From assembly GCA_013426185.1 (NCBI GenBank), contig CP058602.1, positions 74,231 to 138,230 on the forward strand: DNA of 64,000 bases, read 5' to 3'. This stretch comes from Candidatus Woesebacteria bacterium (GTDB lineage: Bacteria > Patescibacteriota > Microgenomatia > UBA8517). The notes under the pieces are model-generated. The model had not been told where the DNA came from, made no database searches, and saw only the letters and a list, made by a program, of their open reading frames with translations. This document shows, one piece after another, positions 1-9,865 of this stretch (position 1 is its first letter; the number at the start of each line of letters is the position of its first letter). The translations under genes were made by a program, and so were the position numbers.

Positions 1-5
1 CTTAT

Positions 6-245
6 TTGAAAGTTAATCAAAAGGAAAGGGCAGAAGCTGAAGAGAAAGAAATGGCAATTTTAAAAGAGTTTCTGCCTGAGGAGGCAAGCGAAGAAGAAAT
101 CTCAAAAGTGATTGATGAGGCAATTTCGCAGTTTGGTGCATCGCCAGCTAATTTTGGCAAAATTATAGGTTTTGTGATGGGGAAAATGGGGAATAAAGTT
201 GATGGCAACACCGTTTCGCAGTTGGTTCGCAAAAAGCTTGCTTGA
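6..245 (+). CDS. GatB/YqeY domain protein, C-terminal part (5' end outside window)
   Basis: EEKEMAILKEFLPE...FGKIIGFVMGKMGNKVDGNTVSQLV matches the YqeY C-terminus. Confidence 0.85.
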   Translation: MKVNQKERAEAEEKEMAILKEFLPEEASEEEISKVIDEAISQFGASPANFGKIIGFVMGKMGNKVDGNTVSQLVRKKLA

Positions 246-256
246 TTTCTTTCTTT

Positions 257-646
257 ATGATTAGAGTTAGAGTTTTTAAAACGTCAAATTATCCTGTGTC
301 AGCGCCGCCTTTAAAGAGGAAGGTTAGGGATTTTCTTTTGGCAAATTCTGTTACTTCTGATGCTGAAATTTCTATCGCCTTGGTAAGTAAACCTAAAATG
401 CTTGAGCTTGTCAAAAAATATCTTAAGGAGAATAGTTTACACAATGTTCTTTCTTTTACCGAAAGTGAAGTTGGCCCAAAGTTTGTCTATCCGCCTGATT
501 CTTTTCTTCAATTGGGTGAAGTTGTAGTTTGCTATTCGCAAGCGGTTGAGGAGGCAAAAAGGGATAATATGACGATCGATGAAAAAGTCTGGCAGCTGGT
601 GGAGCATGGAATAATGCATCTTTTGGGGCATCATCATGAAGAGTGA
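257..646 (+). CDS. ybeY: rRNA maturation endoribonuclease YbeY
   Basis: NVLSF, LGEVVVC and HGIMHLLGHHH metal-binding motif; ATG at 257 preferred over TTG at 242. Confidence 0.9.
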   Translation: MIRVRVFKTSNYPVSAPPLKRKVRDFLLANSVTSDAEISIALVSKPKMLELVKKYLKENSLHNVLSFTESEVGPKFVYPPDSFLQLGEVVVCYSQAVEEAKRDNMTIDEKVWQLVEHGIMHLLGHHHEE

Positions 647-2133
647 GTATGACTTTGTACTTAAAATATAGGCCTCAGAAAATTGCCGATCTTGATCTTG
701 AAGAAGTAAGAACAAGTTTAGAGAAAATGGTAAAAGGGGGAAATATTCCCCATGCCCTTCTTTTTGCGGGACCAAAAGGAACGGGTAAAACTTCTGCTGC
801 AAGGATTGTTGCCAAAGTGTTAAATTGCGAGAAAAACGAAAAGAAGTTGGGGGAGCCTTGTAATGAGTGTGAACAGTGCCTTTCTATTATGAAGGGCTCG
901 AATATTGATGTTGTTGAAATTGACGCTGCAAGTCATAGGGGTATTGACGATATTAGGCTTTTGAGAGAATCAATTAAACTTGCACCTTCAAAAGCAAGAA
1001 GCAAAGTTTATATTATTGACGAAGCTCATATGTTAACTCTTGAAGCTTCGAATGCCTTGCTTAAGACTTTGGAGGAACCTCCAAGCCATGTATTTTTTAT
1101 TTTAGCAACAACAGATCCTGAAAAATTAATTCCTACTATTAGGTCAAGAACGACAATAATTAATTTTAAGAGGGCATCAAAAGTTGAGTTGACAGAATCT
1201 CTTGAGAAAAAAGCGAAGGGAGAGAAAATCAAATTCGAAAAGAAGGCCCTTGAGGCAATAGCTTCTTTTTCTGATGGTTCTTTTCGCGACGCAACTAAAA
1301 TCTTGGAGCAATTGATTGATGAGGGTATAAAGCTTGAATTTGAGGAAGTTAAAAAATATCTTGATAAACTGGCAAATTTTGATTTGGATGATTTTGTTCA
1401 AGCTTTGTCCCAAAAAGATTTAGATTTTCTTCTTGAGTCAATTAATAAAGCTTCAGAAGGGGGATCCGAGATGGAATTACTGCTTGATAAGCTGCTTCTA
1501 AGGTTGAGAGATGAACTGATTGGAAGTCTTGAAATTGGTGAAGAAGGTGCTTTATTCAAACGAAGTGAATTAATTCAATTGATTGAACTTTTGCTTGAGG
1601 CAAAAAGGGAAATGTTATCTTTGTCTGATTTTGAATATTTGCCTCTTGAAATAGCAGTTATTAAGTGGTGTGGTGAAGTAAAGGAGAAGGGCGAAAAAGA
1701 GGGTTCGGAGACCAAGAATAAAATGGAGGTGGAGGAAAAAGATAAGGAAAAGAAAGTTAATGATCTAAAGAATGCAGAACCCGAACCTGTAGATAGCAAG
1801 ATTACCGAAGAAATGTGGCGGAATATTTTGATACAGGTGGGTAAAGTTAATGCTTCAATTGAGGCGTTGCTGCATGCTGCAAGACCTGAAAATTTTGATG
1901 GTCAAACTTTAAATTTGAGTGTTTATTATAAATTTCATAAAGAAAAGCTTGAGGACGCAAAACACAGGCAAATTGTAGAAATGGTGGTAGGAAAAATTTT
2001 AAACAGGCCTGTAAGATTGGTTTGCTCTTTGAGCACCCCGCCTGTTAAAAAGGTGGTAGAAGAAAATTATAATGAAGATTTACCATCTGAGAAAGATCTT
2101 GTTGATGTTGCTAAAAATATTTTTAGCAGCTAA
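643..2133 (+). CDS. dnaX: DNA polymerase III subunit gamma/tau
   Basis: LYLKYRP, Walker A GPKGTGKT, Zn cysteines, DAAS, IIDEAH. Confidence 0.97.
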   Translation: MSMTLYLKYRPQKIADLDLEEVRTSLEKMVKGGNIPHALLFAGPKGTGKTSAARIVAKVLNCEKNEKKLGEPCNECEQCLSIMKGSNIDVVEIDAASHRGIDDIRLLRESIKLAPSKARSKVYIIDEAHMLTLEASNALLKTLEEPPSHVFFILATTDPEKLIPTIRSRTTIINFKRASKVELTESLEKKAKGEKIKFEKKALEAIASFSDGSFRDATKILEQLIDEGIKLEFEEVKKYLDKLANFDLDDFVQALSQKDLDFLLESINKASEGGSEMELLLDKLLLRLRDELIGSLEIGEEGALFKRSELIQLIELLLEAKREMLSLSDFEYLPLEIAVIKWCGEVKEKGEKEGSETKNKMEVEEKDKEKKVNDLKNAEPEPVDSKITEEMWRNILIQVGKVNASIEALLHAARPENFDGQTLNLSVYYKFHKEKLEDAKHRQIVEMVVGKILNRPVRLVCSLSTPPVKKVVEENYNEDLPSEKDLVDVAKNIFSS

Positions 2134-2143
2134 AATGTAAGTT

Positions 2144-2431
2144 ATGTTTGATAAGTTTAAACAAATTGGAGAACTGGGTAAGCTAAGGTCACAAGCGAAA
2201 GAGTTAGAGCGGCAGCTTGCTTTGGTCAAAGAGACTTTGGAGAAAAATGGCGTAAAGGTAGTGGTAACAGGCGCTCAAAAGATAGAATATTTGGAAATAG
2301 ATGGTGTTGAGAGAAAAGACATAGCAGATGTTATTAACAGTGCTTTTAAAGAAGTCCAGAAAAAATCAGCAAAGAAAATGATGGAAATGGGCGGAGGTTT
2401 AACTGGACTCCTTAAGGGTCTAGGTAGATAA
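2144..2431 (+). CDS. YbaB/EbfC family nucleoid-associated protein
   Basis: 95 aa, GVKVVVTGAQKI, located between dnaX and recR. Confidence 0.85.
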   Translation: MFDKFKQIGELGKLRSQAKELERQLALVKETLEKNGVKVVVTGAQKIEYLEIDGVERKDIADVINSAFKEVQKKSAKKMMEMGGGLTGLLKGLGR

Positions 2432-2471
2432 TGAATTTTACTTATTTTGATTAGAGCTTCTTACAATTTTT

Positions 2472-3074
2472 ATGAAATTACCCAAAGTTATTGAAAGCCT
2501 TATTGAATCCTTTCAAAAATTACCGGGTATTGGTCCTAAAACAGCACAAAGACTTACTTTTTATCTTTTGAATGTGCCTCAGAGCCAGCTAGATTATTTT
2601 TCAGAGTCTCTTTTGAATTTAAAAAAGAAGACCGTTTTTTGCTCGGTTTGCAAAAATATTACAGAAGTTGATCTTTGTCCTATTTGTTCTGATTCCTCTC
2701 GTAATAGAAAAGTAATTATGGTAGTTGAGCAACCTCTTGACTTGATTGCTTTTGAAAAAACAGGAAAGTTTAAAGGTCTTTATCATGTTTTGCATGGTAG
2801 AATTAGTCCTCTTGAAAATATTGGTCCTGATGAGATTTTTGTTGATGATCTTTTAAAGCGGATTAGTAGCCAAGATATAGATGAGATTATTATTGCTACA
2901 AACCCCAATATGGAAGGTGAGGCGACGGCGATGTATTTGGCTAAGGAAATAAGGAAAATTAGTGATAGTATTAAAATAACTCGTTTGGGAATGGGAATTC
3001 CCACGGGGGCTGATCTTGAGTATGCTGATGATTTGACCTTAACTCAGGCTCTTGAAGGAAGAAGGCAAATTTAA
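2472..3074 (+). CDS. recR: Recombination mediator RecR
   Basis: LPGIGPKTAQRL HhH, CxxC...CxxC, Toprim EGEATA, LEYAD. Confidence 0.97.
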   Translation: MKLPKVIESLIESFQKLPGIGPKTAQRLTFYLLNVPQSQLDYFSESLLNLKKKTVFCSVCKNITEVDLCPICSDSSRNRKVIMVVEQPLDLIAFEKTGKFKGLYHVLHGRISPLENIGPDEIFVDDLLKRISSQDIDEIIIATNPNMEGEATAMYLAKEIRKISDSIKITRLGMGIPTGADLEYADDLTLTQALEGRRQI

Positions 3075-3076
3075 TT

Positions 3077-3631
3077 ATGGGAAATCCTGCCCAAAAAATA
3101 GCAAGCCAGACTAAACGAAATGCGATCAGGATGGCGCAGACTCTTGTGCAGGAGCCTTCTGAGATATTAAAAACAGCTGCAGGCCAGATTTTGCCAACAT
3201 CCGAAGAGAAGTTACCAGATAAATCTAACCAATCCGCATCTTTTCTTAATGTTTCGGAAAATGGCTTTTCTGAAGAGGATAAGAAGAAACAAGAGCAAGT
3301 TGACATGTCTCGTTTGCGTGAGCTTGAGGGCGAATTAAGACAGGTTAGAATAGAAAAGACTGTTCGTGAGCTTCAGGAGAAAATTTCAAATGGCGAGATA
3401 GTTTATCTTGAAGAATATCCTGAAATTCCAGTTGAACAGAAGCAAGTCTTAAAAGCTCAAATGGAAGCTGTTGCCAAAAGAAGAGAAGAAGAGGTAAAAG
3501 CACAATCTGGGCAAGCTGCTTCAGAACCCTCTAGTCGGCCTTCAAGAAGATTGTTTGGTTTTGGTGGATCCAAAAAACATGCCGAGGATCTGCAGAAAAG
3601 TAGAGAAACCAGAATGCCACCTTCAGGTTAG
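3077..3631 (+). CDS. Hypothetical charged/coiled-coil protein
   Basis: 184-aa ORF starting 2 nt after recR; no motif recognised. Confidence 0.7.
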   Translation: MGNPAQKIASQTKRNAIRMAQTLVQEPSEILKTAAGQILPTSEEKLPDKSNQSASFLNVSENGFSEEDKKKQEQVDMSRLRELEGELRQVRIEKTVRELQEKISNGEIVYLEEYPEIPVEQKQVLKAQMEAVAKRREEEVKAQSGQAASEPSSRPSRRLFGFGGSKKHAEDLQKSRETRMPPSG

Positions 3632-3634
3632 GTT

Positions 3635-3663
3635 ACCCTTTAAAGGCCAGGCCTTTAAAGGGT
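3635..3663. repeat. 29-bp palindrome (REP-like or terminator-like)
   Basis: ACCCTTTAAAGGCC-A-GGCCTTTAAAGGGT has perfect 14-bp arms and lies just after a stop codon. Confidence 0.7.
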
Positions 3664-3725
3664 GGTGGTGATAAATTAAGAAGGATCAGATATAATATGA
3701 CAAAAGTTTTTGGTCTTAATCTGTT

Positions 3726-5138
3726 ATGGATATTTATTTAAGCAATACTTTAACTCATAAGAAAGACAAGTTTATTCCTTTTAAAGAAGGCGAAGTGGGG
3801 ATCTATTCTTGCGGGCCGACCGTTTATTGGAATCAGCATATTGGCCACATGTATGCTTACACTCAATGGGATATTTTGGTTCGTTTCTTCCGCGTTTTGG
3901 GTTATAAAGTCAAATGGGTGATGAATATAACAGATGTTGGTCATATGACCTCCGATGAAGATGCTGGGGAAGATAAGATGGAAAAAGGGGCAAAAAGAGA
4001 AGGCCTTGATGTCTGGCAATTGGCAGAAAAATATATTGCTCAATTTAAAGATAGTTTAAATCTTTTAAACATAAGCTTTCCGGATGTTCTTTGCCGTGCG
4101 ACAGAGCACATAGAGGATCAGATAAAGTTAATTCAAAAAATAGAAGCTAATGGTTTTACTTATAAGACTAAGGTGGGTGTTGTCTTTGATACTTCAAAAT
4201 TTCCGGATTACCCCAAATTTGCCAATCTTGATCTTAAGTCGCAAAAAGCGGGAGCAAGAGTAGAAGTAGATCCGGAAAAGAAGAACCCTTGGGACTTTTT
4301 GCTTTGGGTGACAGGCCAACCTAACCATATTATGCAATGGGATTCTCCTTGGGGCAGAGGTTTTCCGGGTTGGCATATTGAATGTACAGCAATGAGTGTT
4401 AAATATTTAGGCGAAAGGTTTGATATTCACACAGGTGGAAAAGAGCATATACCTGTTCATCATACCAACGAAATTGCTCAAGGTTATGGTGCTTTTGGCC
4501 ATCAAACAGCTAATTATTGGCTCCATAATGACTGGCTTTCTTTAAAAGGTGGAGAAAAAATGAGTAAAAGCAAGGGTAATTTTATTACTGTTCAAGAGCT
4601 TAAAGAGAAAGGTTATAATCCTTTGGCTTTGCGATATCTCTTTATGACCTCGCATTATAAAAAGGGTCTTGAATTTTCCTGGGAAGCGCTTGATGCCGCC
4701 TCAGTTGCCTTATCAAAGCTAAAACAACAGACTCTCTCCTTGCGTGAAGAGGTGTCAAGAGAGGTTCTTTCAAAAGAAAAGCTAGAAAAACTTGAGAGTT
4801 TTAGGGAGAGGTTTCTTCTTTCTTTGGCTGATGATTTGAATATTCCTTCTGCTTTGGCTGTTGTCTGGGAGGCTGCCAAAAGCAACATCCCTTCTGTTGA
4901 TAAGTATGATCTTCTACTTTTCTTTGATGAAGTTTTGGGTCTTAAGATGACTGAAGAAATGCCAAAAGTAGAAGTACCTGAGGAAGTTTTAATATTGGCT
5001 CGCAAAAGATATTCCTTGAGGAAGGAGGGCCTTTTTGATGAAGCGGATAAGATAAGGTCAGAAATTGAAAGTAGGGGTTTTGGAGTAAAGGATTTGCCTG
5101 ATAAAACTGAAGTCTATCCACTTAATAAAAATGCTTAA
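3726..5138 (+). CDS. cysS: Cysteine--tRNA ligase
   Basis: YSCGPTVY, HIGH, PGWHIEC, KMSKS. Confidence 0.98.
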   Translation: MDIYLSNTLTHKKDKFIPFKEGEVGIYSCGPTVYWNQHIGHMYAYTQWDILVRFFRVLGYKVKWVMNITDVGHMTSDEDAGEDKMEKGAKREGLDVWQLAEKYIAQFKDSLNLLNISFPDVLCRATEHIEDQIKLIQKIEANGFTYKTKVGVVFDTSKFPDYPKFANLDLKSQKAGARVEVDPEKKNPWDFLLWVTGQPNHIMQWDSPWGRGFPGWHIECTAMSVKYLGERFDIHTGGKEHIPVHHTNEIAQGYGAFGHQTANYWLHNDWLSLKGGEKMSKSKGNFITVQELKEKGYNPLALRYLFMTSHYKKGLEFSWEALDAASVALSKLKQQTLSLREEVSREVLSKEKLEKLESFRERFLLSLADDLNIPSALAVVWEAAKSNIPSVDKYDLLLFFDEVLGLKMTEEMPKVEVPEEVLILARKRYSLRKEGLFDEADKIRSEIESRGFGVKDLPDKTEVYPLNKNA

Positions 5139-5778
5139 AGCGGTCATTTTTGATTTGAACGGCACAATTTTGGATGATGAAGATAATTACACTGACGCGT
5201 TTCGTTATGTACTTCATCTTTTGGGGGTTGAAACTGGTAATGATTTTACTCACACAAGAGGTGTTGGGGTAAAGGAAAATTGGATAGATTTTAAGTTACG
5301 ATACAATATTAAGACTAAAAAGAGTCTTGATGAGCTTGTTTCTTTAACGCAAAAGGCATATCTTAAGGAGTTTGATAAAGTCAAACTGAGGAAGGGTTTT
5401 TTGAAATTTGTCAAAAATCTCAAACTTTTGGGTATCAAAACTGCTATTGCCACCTCAAACGATTACAGTATGGTGGAGAAGTTTTTTGATAAGTTTGGGC
5501 TTGAAGAATATTTTGACGTTGTTACTTCAGCAGAAGAAGTTTCTTTAAATAAGCCATCTCCTCAAATTTTTCTTTTGACTGCTGAAAAATTGGGTCTTGA
5601 GCCATATGAGTGTTTGGTTTTTGAGGATAGTGAAGCTGGGGTTGAGGCTGCTCATTTAGCTGGAATGGCTGTTGTGGGAATAGCAAAAGATGGAAAAAGT
5701 GATTTTAAAAAAGCGCAGAAAGTGATTCACAATTTCAAGGATTTCAAGCTTTTGCCGCAGGAAAGGGTAATTAATTAA
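5131..5778 (+). CDS. HAD family phosphatase (beta-PGM/CbbY-like)
   Basis: VIFDLNGT, KPSP, FEDSEAG motifs. Confidence 0.88.
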   Translation: MLKAVIFDLNGTILDDEDNYTDAFRYVLHLLGVETGNDFTHTRGVGVKENWIDFKLRYNIKTKKSLDELVSLTQKAYLKEFDKVKLRKGFLKFVKNLKLLGIKTAIATSNDYSMVEKFFDKFGLEEYFDVVTSAEEVSLNKPSPQIFLLTAEKLGLEPYECLVFEDSEAGVEAAHLAGMAVVGIAKDGKSDFKKAQKVIHNFKDFKLLPQERVIN

Positions 5779-6118
5779 GTTTGATTCTCTTTATTTCAAA
5801 GGTTTCTTTTTCTTTTCTTTGGGGAGAACTTACAACAAGTCCGACAGAGTCAATTCTAGGGAAATTTTTTCTTATCTCCTCCCAAAATTTTTCTGAAAGG
5901 CGGCCCGTATAGCTTGCATATCCTGCTTTTTCGCTTTGATTGCAAAGCTTGTTTTCCCATTCTCTGATGATAGCGAGTATTTTCTCTCCTTCTTTGTTGA
6001 ATTCTTCTTGATTGTCTTCAGGATTAATTGAATATTGCAAGTGAATCTTGCGGAAGCGCTCAAAAGCTTCTCTGTTATTTTCAATCATTCGCTCGTAGTA
6101 TTCTTTAAACTTAGTCAT
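5771..6118 (-). CDS. Hypothetical protein
   Basis: 115-aa ORF with protein-like composition, convergent with the HAD gene. Confidence 0.7.
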   Translation of the reverse strand: MTKFKEYYERMIENNREAFERFRKIHLQYSINPEDNQEEFNKEGEKILAIIREWENKLCNQSEKAGYASYTGRLSEKFWEEIRKNFPRIDSVGLVVSSPQRKEKETFEIKRIKLN

Positions 6119-6162
6119 AACCTAAATATTAAAACTGTTTTTTTATTTTTTCTCAAGAGGAG

Positions 6163-6565
6163 AAATTAACTTAAAACTTAAAAGTCAAAAGTCAAAAATA
6201 TAATTCAAAACTCAAAACTCAAAAGTCAAAACTTTCTAATTAGATTATAGATTTTGGATTATAGATTATAGAATTTTGATTTAGGATTTAAGATTTATGA
6301 ATTAAGATAGCAAACAACTCCGACAGCTGACAACTGATAGCTGAAATCCGAATTCTTTTAACTTTTAACTTTGAACTTTTAACTATTTATTAATTTTGCT
6401 TTCTACTTACTACTTTCTACTTGGATCTCTCATAATGCATATACTGTCTTCCGACTAGCTTTGACTGAATCCCGATAGCTTATATCCGACGGCTGATTTC
6501 TGACGTCCGATATCCGACGTTCGATATCCGATATCCGACGACCGACAGCTGACGTCTGATGTCCG
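6163..6565 (-). repeat. Heptamer mosaic block B1 (reverse orientation)
   Basis: (TCAAAAG)n-(TTATAGA)n-(TTTAGGA)n-(CTGACAG)n-(TTTTAAC)n-(TTCTACT)n-(TCCGATA)n; modules shared with 13 other blocks. Confidence 0.93.
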
Positions 6566-6585
6566 TTATGCTATATTTTCTTTTA

Positions 6586-7545
6586 GTGAATAAAAATTAT
6601 CTTCTTTTCTTATTTCTTTTTGTCTTGGGTATTTCTTTTGGCCTTTTATTAGGTCCTAGGTCTTATACGAAAGTAGAAGTTAAACCACCACTTGTTTCTT
6701 CATTTTTAAAAACACCTCTTCCTATTGAAGACAAAAGGATAACATTGATTGCAGTTGGTGATATTCTTCTTGCCCGCAAAGTAAATTATAAAATGGTTAT
6801 GATGAATAATTTTAACTGGCCCTTTGAAAAAGTGGCAGATTTTTTGAAATCTTCCGATTTTACTTTTGCCAATCTTGAGTTGCCGCTTGTTGAAAATTGT
6901 AAGCCGACTGAAACAGGTATGGTTTTTTGTGGTGATAAAAGGGGAGCCTTGGGGCTTGTTTTTGCCGGTATTGATGCCTGTAATTTGGCCAATAATCATT
7001 CTTTAAACTACGGTGAAGATGGCTTGTCTCAAACTAAGCAAATACTTAAAAATGCAGGTATTGCAAGTTTTGGAGGCGCTGATATTTTTAGGAAAGAAAT
7101 AAAAGGTGTTAGGTTTTCCTTTTTGGGTTTTAATGAAGTGGGTTTAGGAGAGGGAGCTTATAAAAAACTTTTATCTCAAGTTGCATCACAAGTAGAATCT
7201 GAGAGAAAGTTGGCGGATGTTGTTGTTGTCAGTTTTCATTGGGGAAATGAGTATACAGAGAATATATCATCAAGACAGAAGGAGTTAGCGCATTTGGCGA
7301 TTGATTCAGGAGGAGATTTGGTGATTGGTCACCATCCGCATTGGGTTCAAGGTCAGGAAGAATATAAAGGCAAGCGAATTTTTTATAGTTTGGGTAATTT
7401 TGTCTTTGACCAGATGTGGAGCGAGAAGACAAAAGAAGGTCTTGTCATTCGTCTCACTTTCGACAGTGATAATCTTTTAAAAGTGGAAGAATTCCCAGTT
7501 AAAATAGAAGACTTTGGCCAACCATATTTGGAAGTGACTTATTAG
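6586..7545 (+). CDS. CapA family (poly-gamma-glutamate synthesis-like) metallophosphoesterase with N-terminal TM anchor
   Basis: AVGDIL, NLE, NLANNHSLNYG, HWGNEY, GHHPHWVQ, YSLGNFVFDQ; GTG at 6586 follows TGcTATATT; start uncertain (6559/6568 possible). Confidence 0.9.
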   Translation: MNKNYLLFLFLFVLGISFGLLLGPRSYTKVEVKPPLVSSFLKTPLPIEDKRITLIAVGDILLARKVNYKMVMMNNFNWPFEKVADFLKSSDFTFANLELPLVENCKPTETGMVFCGDKRGALGLVFAGIDACNLANNHSLNYGEDGLSQTKQILKNAGIASFGGADIFRKEIKGVRFSFLGFNEVGLGEGAYKKLLSQVASQVESERKLADVVVVSFHWGNEYTENISSRQKELAHLAIDSGGDLVIGHHPHWVQGQEEYKGKRIFYSLGNFVFDQMWSEKTKEGLVIRLTFDSDNLLKVEEFPVKIEDFGQPYLEVTY

Positions 7546-7583
7546 TTTGTGATACTTGTTGATTAGTGTAATATAATAGAATT

Positions 7584-8711
7584 GTGTCTAAGTTGAACCT
7601 GGCAGTTATTTTTGGAGCAAAGTCCGCTGAGCATGAGGTTTCCATTGTGACCACTTTTCAAGCTTGGGAATGGATAGACAAAAAGAAGTACAACCCCTTT
7701 CTTATTTATATTGATCAAAATAACAATGCTTATTTATGCCCGCCTCTTAGAAAGGAAAGTTATAAGGATTTTATCAATAAAGTTTTAGAACAGAATAGGC
7801 GTATTGATTTTGTGAAAGGTGGAATAGAGATGAAGGGGGGAATTTTGCTGAAGAAAAGAGTAAATATAGATGTGGCTCTTCTTACAATGCACGGTCTTTA
7901 TGGTGAGGATGGAAAGATTCAAGGCATGCTTGATTTCTTTGATATTCCTTATACCGGCAGTGGGGTTTTGGGTAGCGCTTTAGGGATGGATAAAGTTTTG
8001 ATGAAGGAAATCTTTGAGAAACTTGGTTTGAAAGTTGTTAAATATTTTTGGTTTTATGATATTGAGTATAAAAAAGATAAGTCCTTGTTTTTTAAAAGGG
8101 TAGACAAAGAGCTTGGTTATCCTGTTTTTGTTAAGCCCGCAAATTGTGGTTCAAGTGTTGGAATTAGAAAAGTAAAGAATAGGAAAATGCTAGATGGGGC
8201 TATAAAGCAGGCGGCTAAGTTTGATCACAAGATATTGATTGAAGAGGGTGTAAGTGGTGCTAAGGATATTAACTGTTCAATTTTGGGAGGTTATGATCCT
8301 CAAACTTCAGTTTGCGAGGAAGTTTTAACAGATGAGGAGTTTTTGTCCTTTGAAGAAAAATATCTAAAGGGTGGAAAAACGAAAGGGATGTTAGGTCTTT
8401 CTCGTATTGTGCCTGCTCCTATTCCTGATAAGGCAACAAAGGAAATACAGAGGCAGGCAAAGATGGTTTTTAAGGAGCTGGGTTGCTGGGGAGTTGCAAG
8501 GATGGATTTTCTTTATCAGCCTAAAAGTAGGGCAATCTATCCTAATGAGATAAACACAATTCCTGGCTCTTTAGCCTTTTATTTGTGGAAGGCTAGCGGG
8601 CTTGAACCTTCTTCGTTAATAGACAAACTTGTTAATTTAGCTTTGGAAAGAAAAAAACAACAAGATTCTTTAAGCTTGACTTTTAAGAGCCGAATTCTTG
8701 ATCAAAAGTAG
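7584..8711 (+). CDS. ddl: D-alanine--D-alanine ligase
   Basis: FGAKSAEHEVS, HGLYGEDG, VKPANCGSSVG, NEINTIPG. Confidence 0.93.
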   Translation: MSKLNLAVIFGAKSAEHEVSIVTTFQAWEWIDKKKYNPFLIYIDQNNNAYLCPPLRKESYKDFINKVLEQNRRIDFVKGGIEMKGGILLKKRVNIDVALLTMHGLYGEDGKIQGMLDFFDIPYTGSGVLGSALGMDKVLMKEIFEKLGLKVVKYFWFYDIEYKKDKSLFFKRVDKELGYPVFVKPANCGSSVGIRKVKNRKMLDGAIKQAAKFDHKILIEEGVSGAKDINCSILGGYDPQTSVCEEVLTDEEFLSFEEKYLKGGKTKGMLGLSRIVPAPIPDKATKEIQRQAKMVFKELGCWGVARMDFLYQPKSRAIYPNEINTIPGSLAFYLWKASGLEPSSLIDKLVNLALERKKQQDSLSLTFKSRILDQK

Positions 8712-9865
8712 TGGTCTGGTAGTTCGTTTTCAAGAAGAATAACAGCAGGCGGCCTTATAATCTTGGGTATTATTTCTTCTACGTTTTCATCTTTTCCTAT
8801 TGTGATTATCTTAGTTTTCTTCTTTTTTCCTTTTTGTGCGCCTTTGAAGATAGCTTGTCGGTTTGTTTTACCCACAATAATTAGAGTGTCGGCAACCATT
8901 GCTGCCTTTTTGCCCATTTCGTAGTTGACCTCATATTGCTTTTTACCAAGTTCTATGATTCCTGGGGTTACAACTATTTTTTGTCTGTTTTTAAAATCTT
9001 TAAGTTTTTCAAGCGCTCTTTCAAAACCAAGCGGATTTGAATTATAAGTATCGTCAAGGATGGTTATTTTAGAGTTAATTGCTTTTTCCTCCAATCTGTG
9101 ACTTGGATTTTTAAACTTTTTCATTCTTGAGATTATCTCGCTTTCTTTTAAGCCTAGAATTATGCCAATTTTGACAATGCTTTTTTCAAAATCTATGAAT
9201 TTATTAAGCTCTTGGGGCACAAAAAGTTTATTTCTGTCTTTGATAAAAGGTATTAATTCGCTTTTAGCCTCCTTTATTGCTTTGGCACTTCCAAACCTTT
9301 CAAGGTGCATAATACCGAAGATGGTAATAACCCCGAAATCTGGCTTTACAAGCTCACATATTTTTTTGATTTCTCCCTTTTGATAAGCGCCAGCTTCAAC
9401 GATAAATATCTCGTGTTTTTTGTTTAATTTTTTTAAAATGAGACTTGCTATTCCTATTTTTGTATTTATATTTTCTTCAGTTTTGATGACATTAAATTTT
9501 TCCTGAAGCACGAAACTTAGTAATTCTTTAAAGGTTGTTTTTCCATAGCTTCCTGTTATTACAATTCTTTTAAGATCAGGGTATAGGCTGATTTTTATTT
9601 TGGCGGCAAGAAATATCAGTCCTTCAATTAGCTGGAATATTCTTTTATTTATCATATTTGCGATGGCTACTGCTTTTTTGTCTTTTGTGAAGGTGAGTAG
9701 TAGGGAGGTTAAAAAGAAAGTGAGTAAGACTCTTAAGGTTATCTTTAAATGATTTTTCTTTTCTTTGAGGTCCTCAATAGAGTTTTTAGATAGCCAATTT
9801 AGAAACCTTTCGGTATTATACTCTTCAAGTTGAAGCAGATAAATTAGCTTTCTAATCTTTTCCAT
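8702..9865 (-). CDS. murF: MurF-like Mur ligase, shortened
   Basis: ITGSYGKTTFKE P-loop, HLERFG, DDTYNSNP, TPGIIELG, LENELPD. Confidence 0.8.
   Translation of the reverse strand: MEKIRKLIYLLQLEEYNTERFLNWLSKNSIEDLKEKKNHLKITLRVLLTFFLTSLLLTFTKDKKAVAIANMINKRIFQLIEGLIFLAAKIKISLYPDLKRIVITGSYGKTTFKELLSFVLQEKFNVIKTEENINTKIGIASLILKKLNKKHEIFIVEAGAYQKGEIKKICELVKPDFGVITIFGIMHLERFGSAKAIKEAKSELIPFIKDRNKLFVPQELNKFIDFEKSIVKIGIILGLKESEIISRMKKFKNPSHRLEEKAINSKITILDDTYNSNPLGFERALEKLKDFKNRQKIVVTPGIIELGKKQYEVNYEMGKKAAMVADTLIIVGKTNRQAIFKGAQKGKKKKTKIITIGKDENVEEIIPKIIRPPAVILLENELPDHYF

Noticed and set aside
1590-1710. dnaX programmed -1 frameshift
   Set aside because: No in-frame A AAA AAG slippery site with a downstream hairpin was found.
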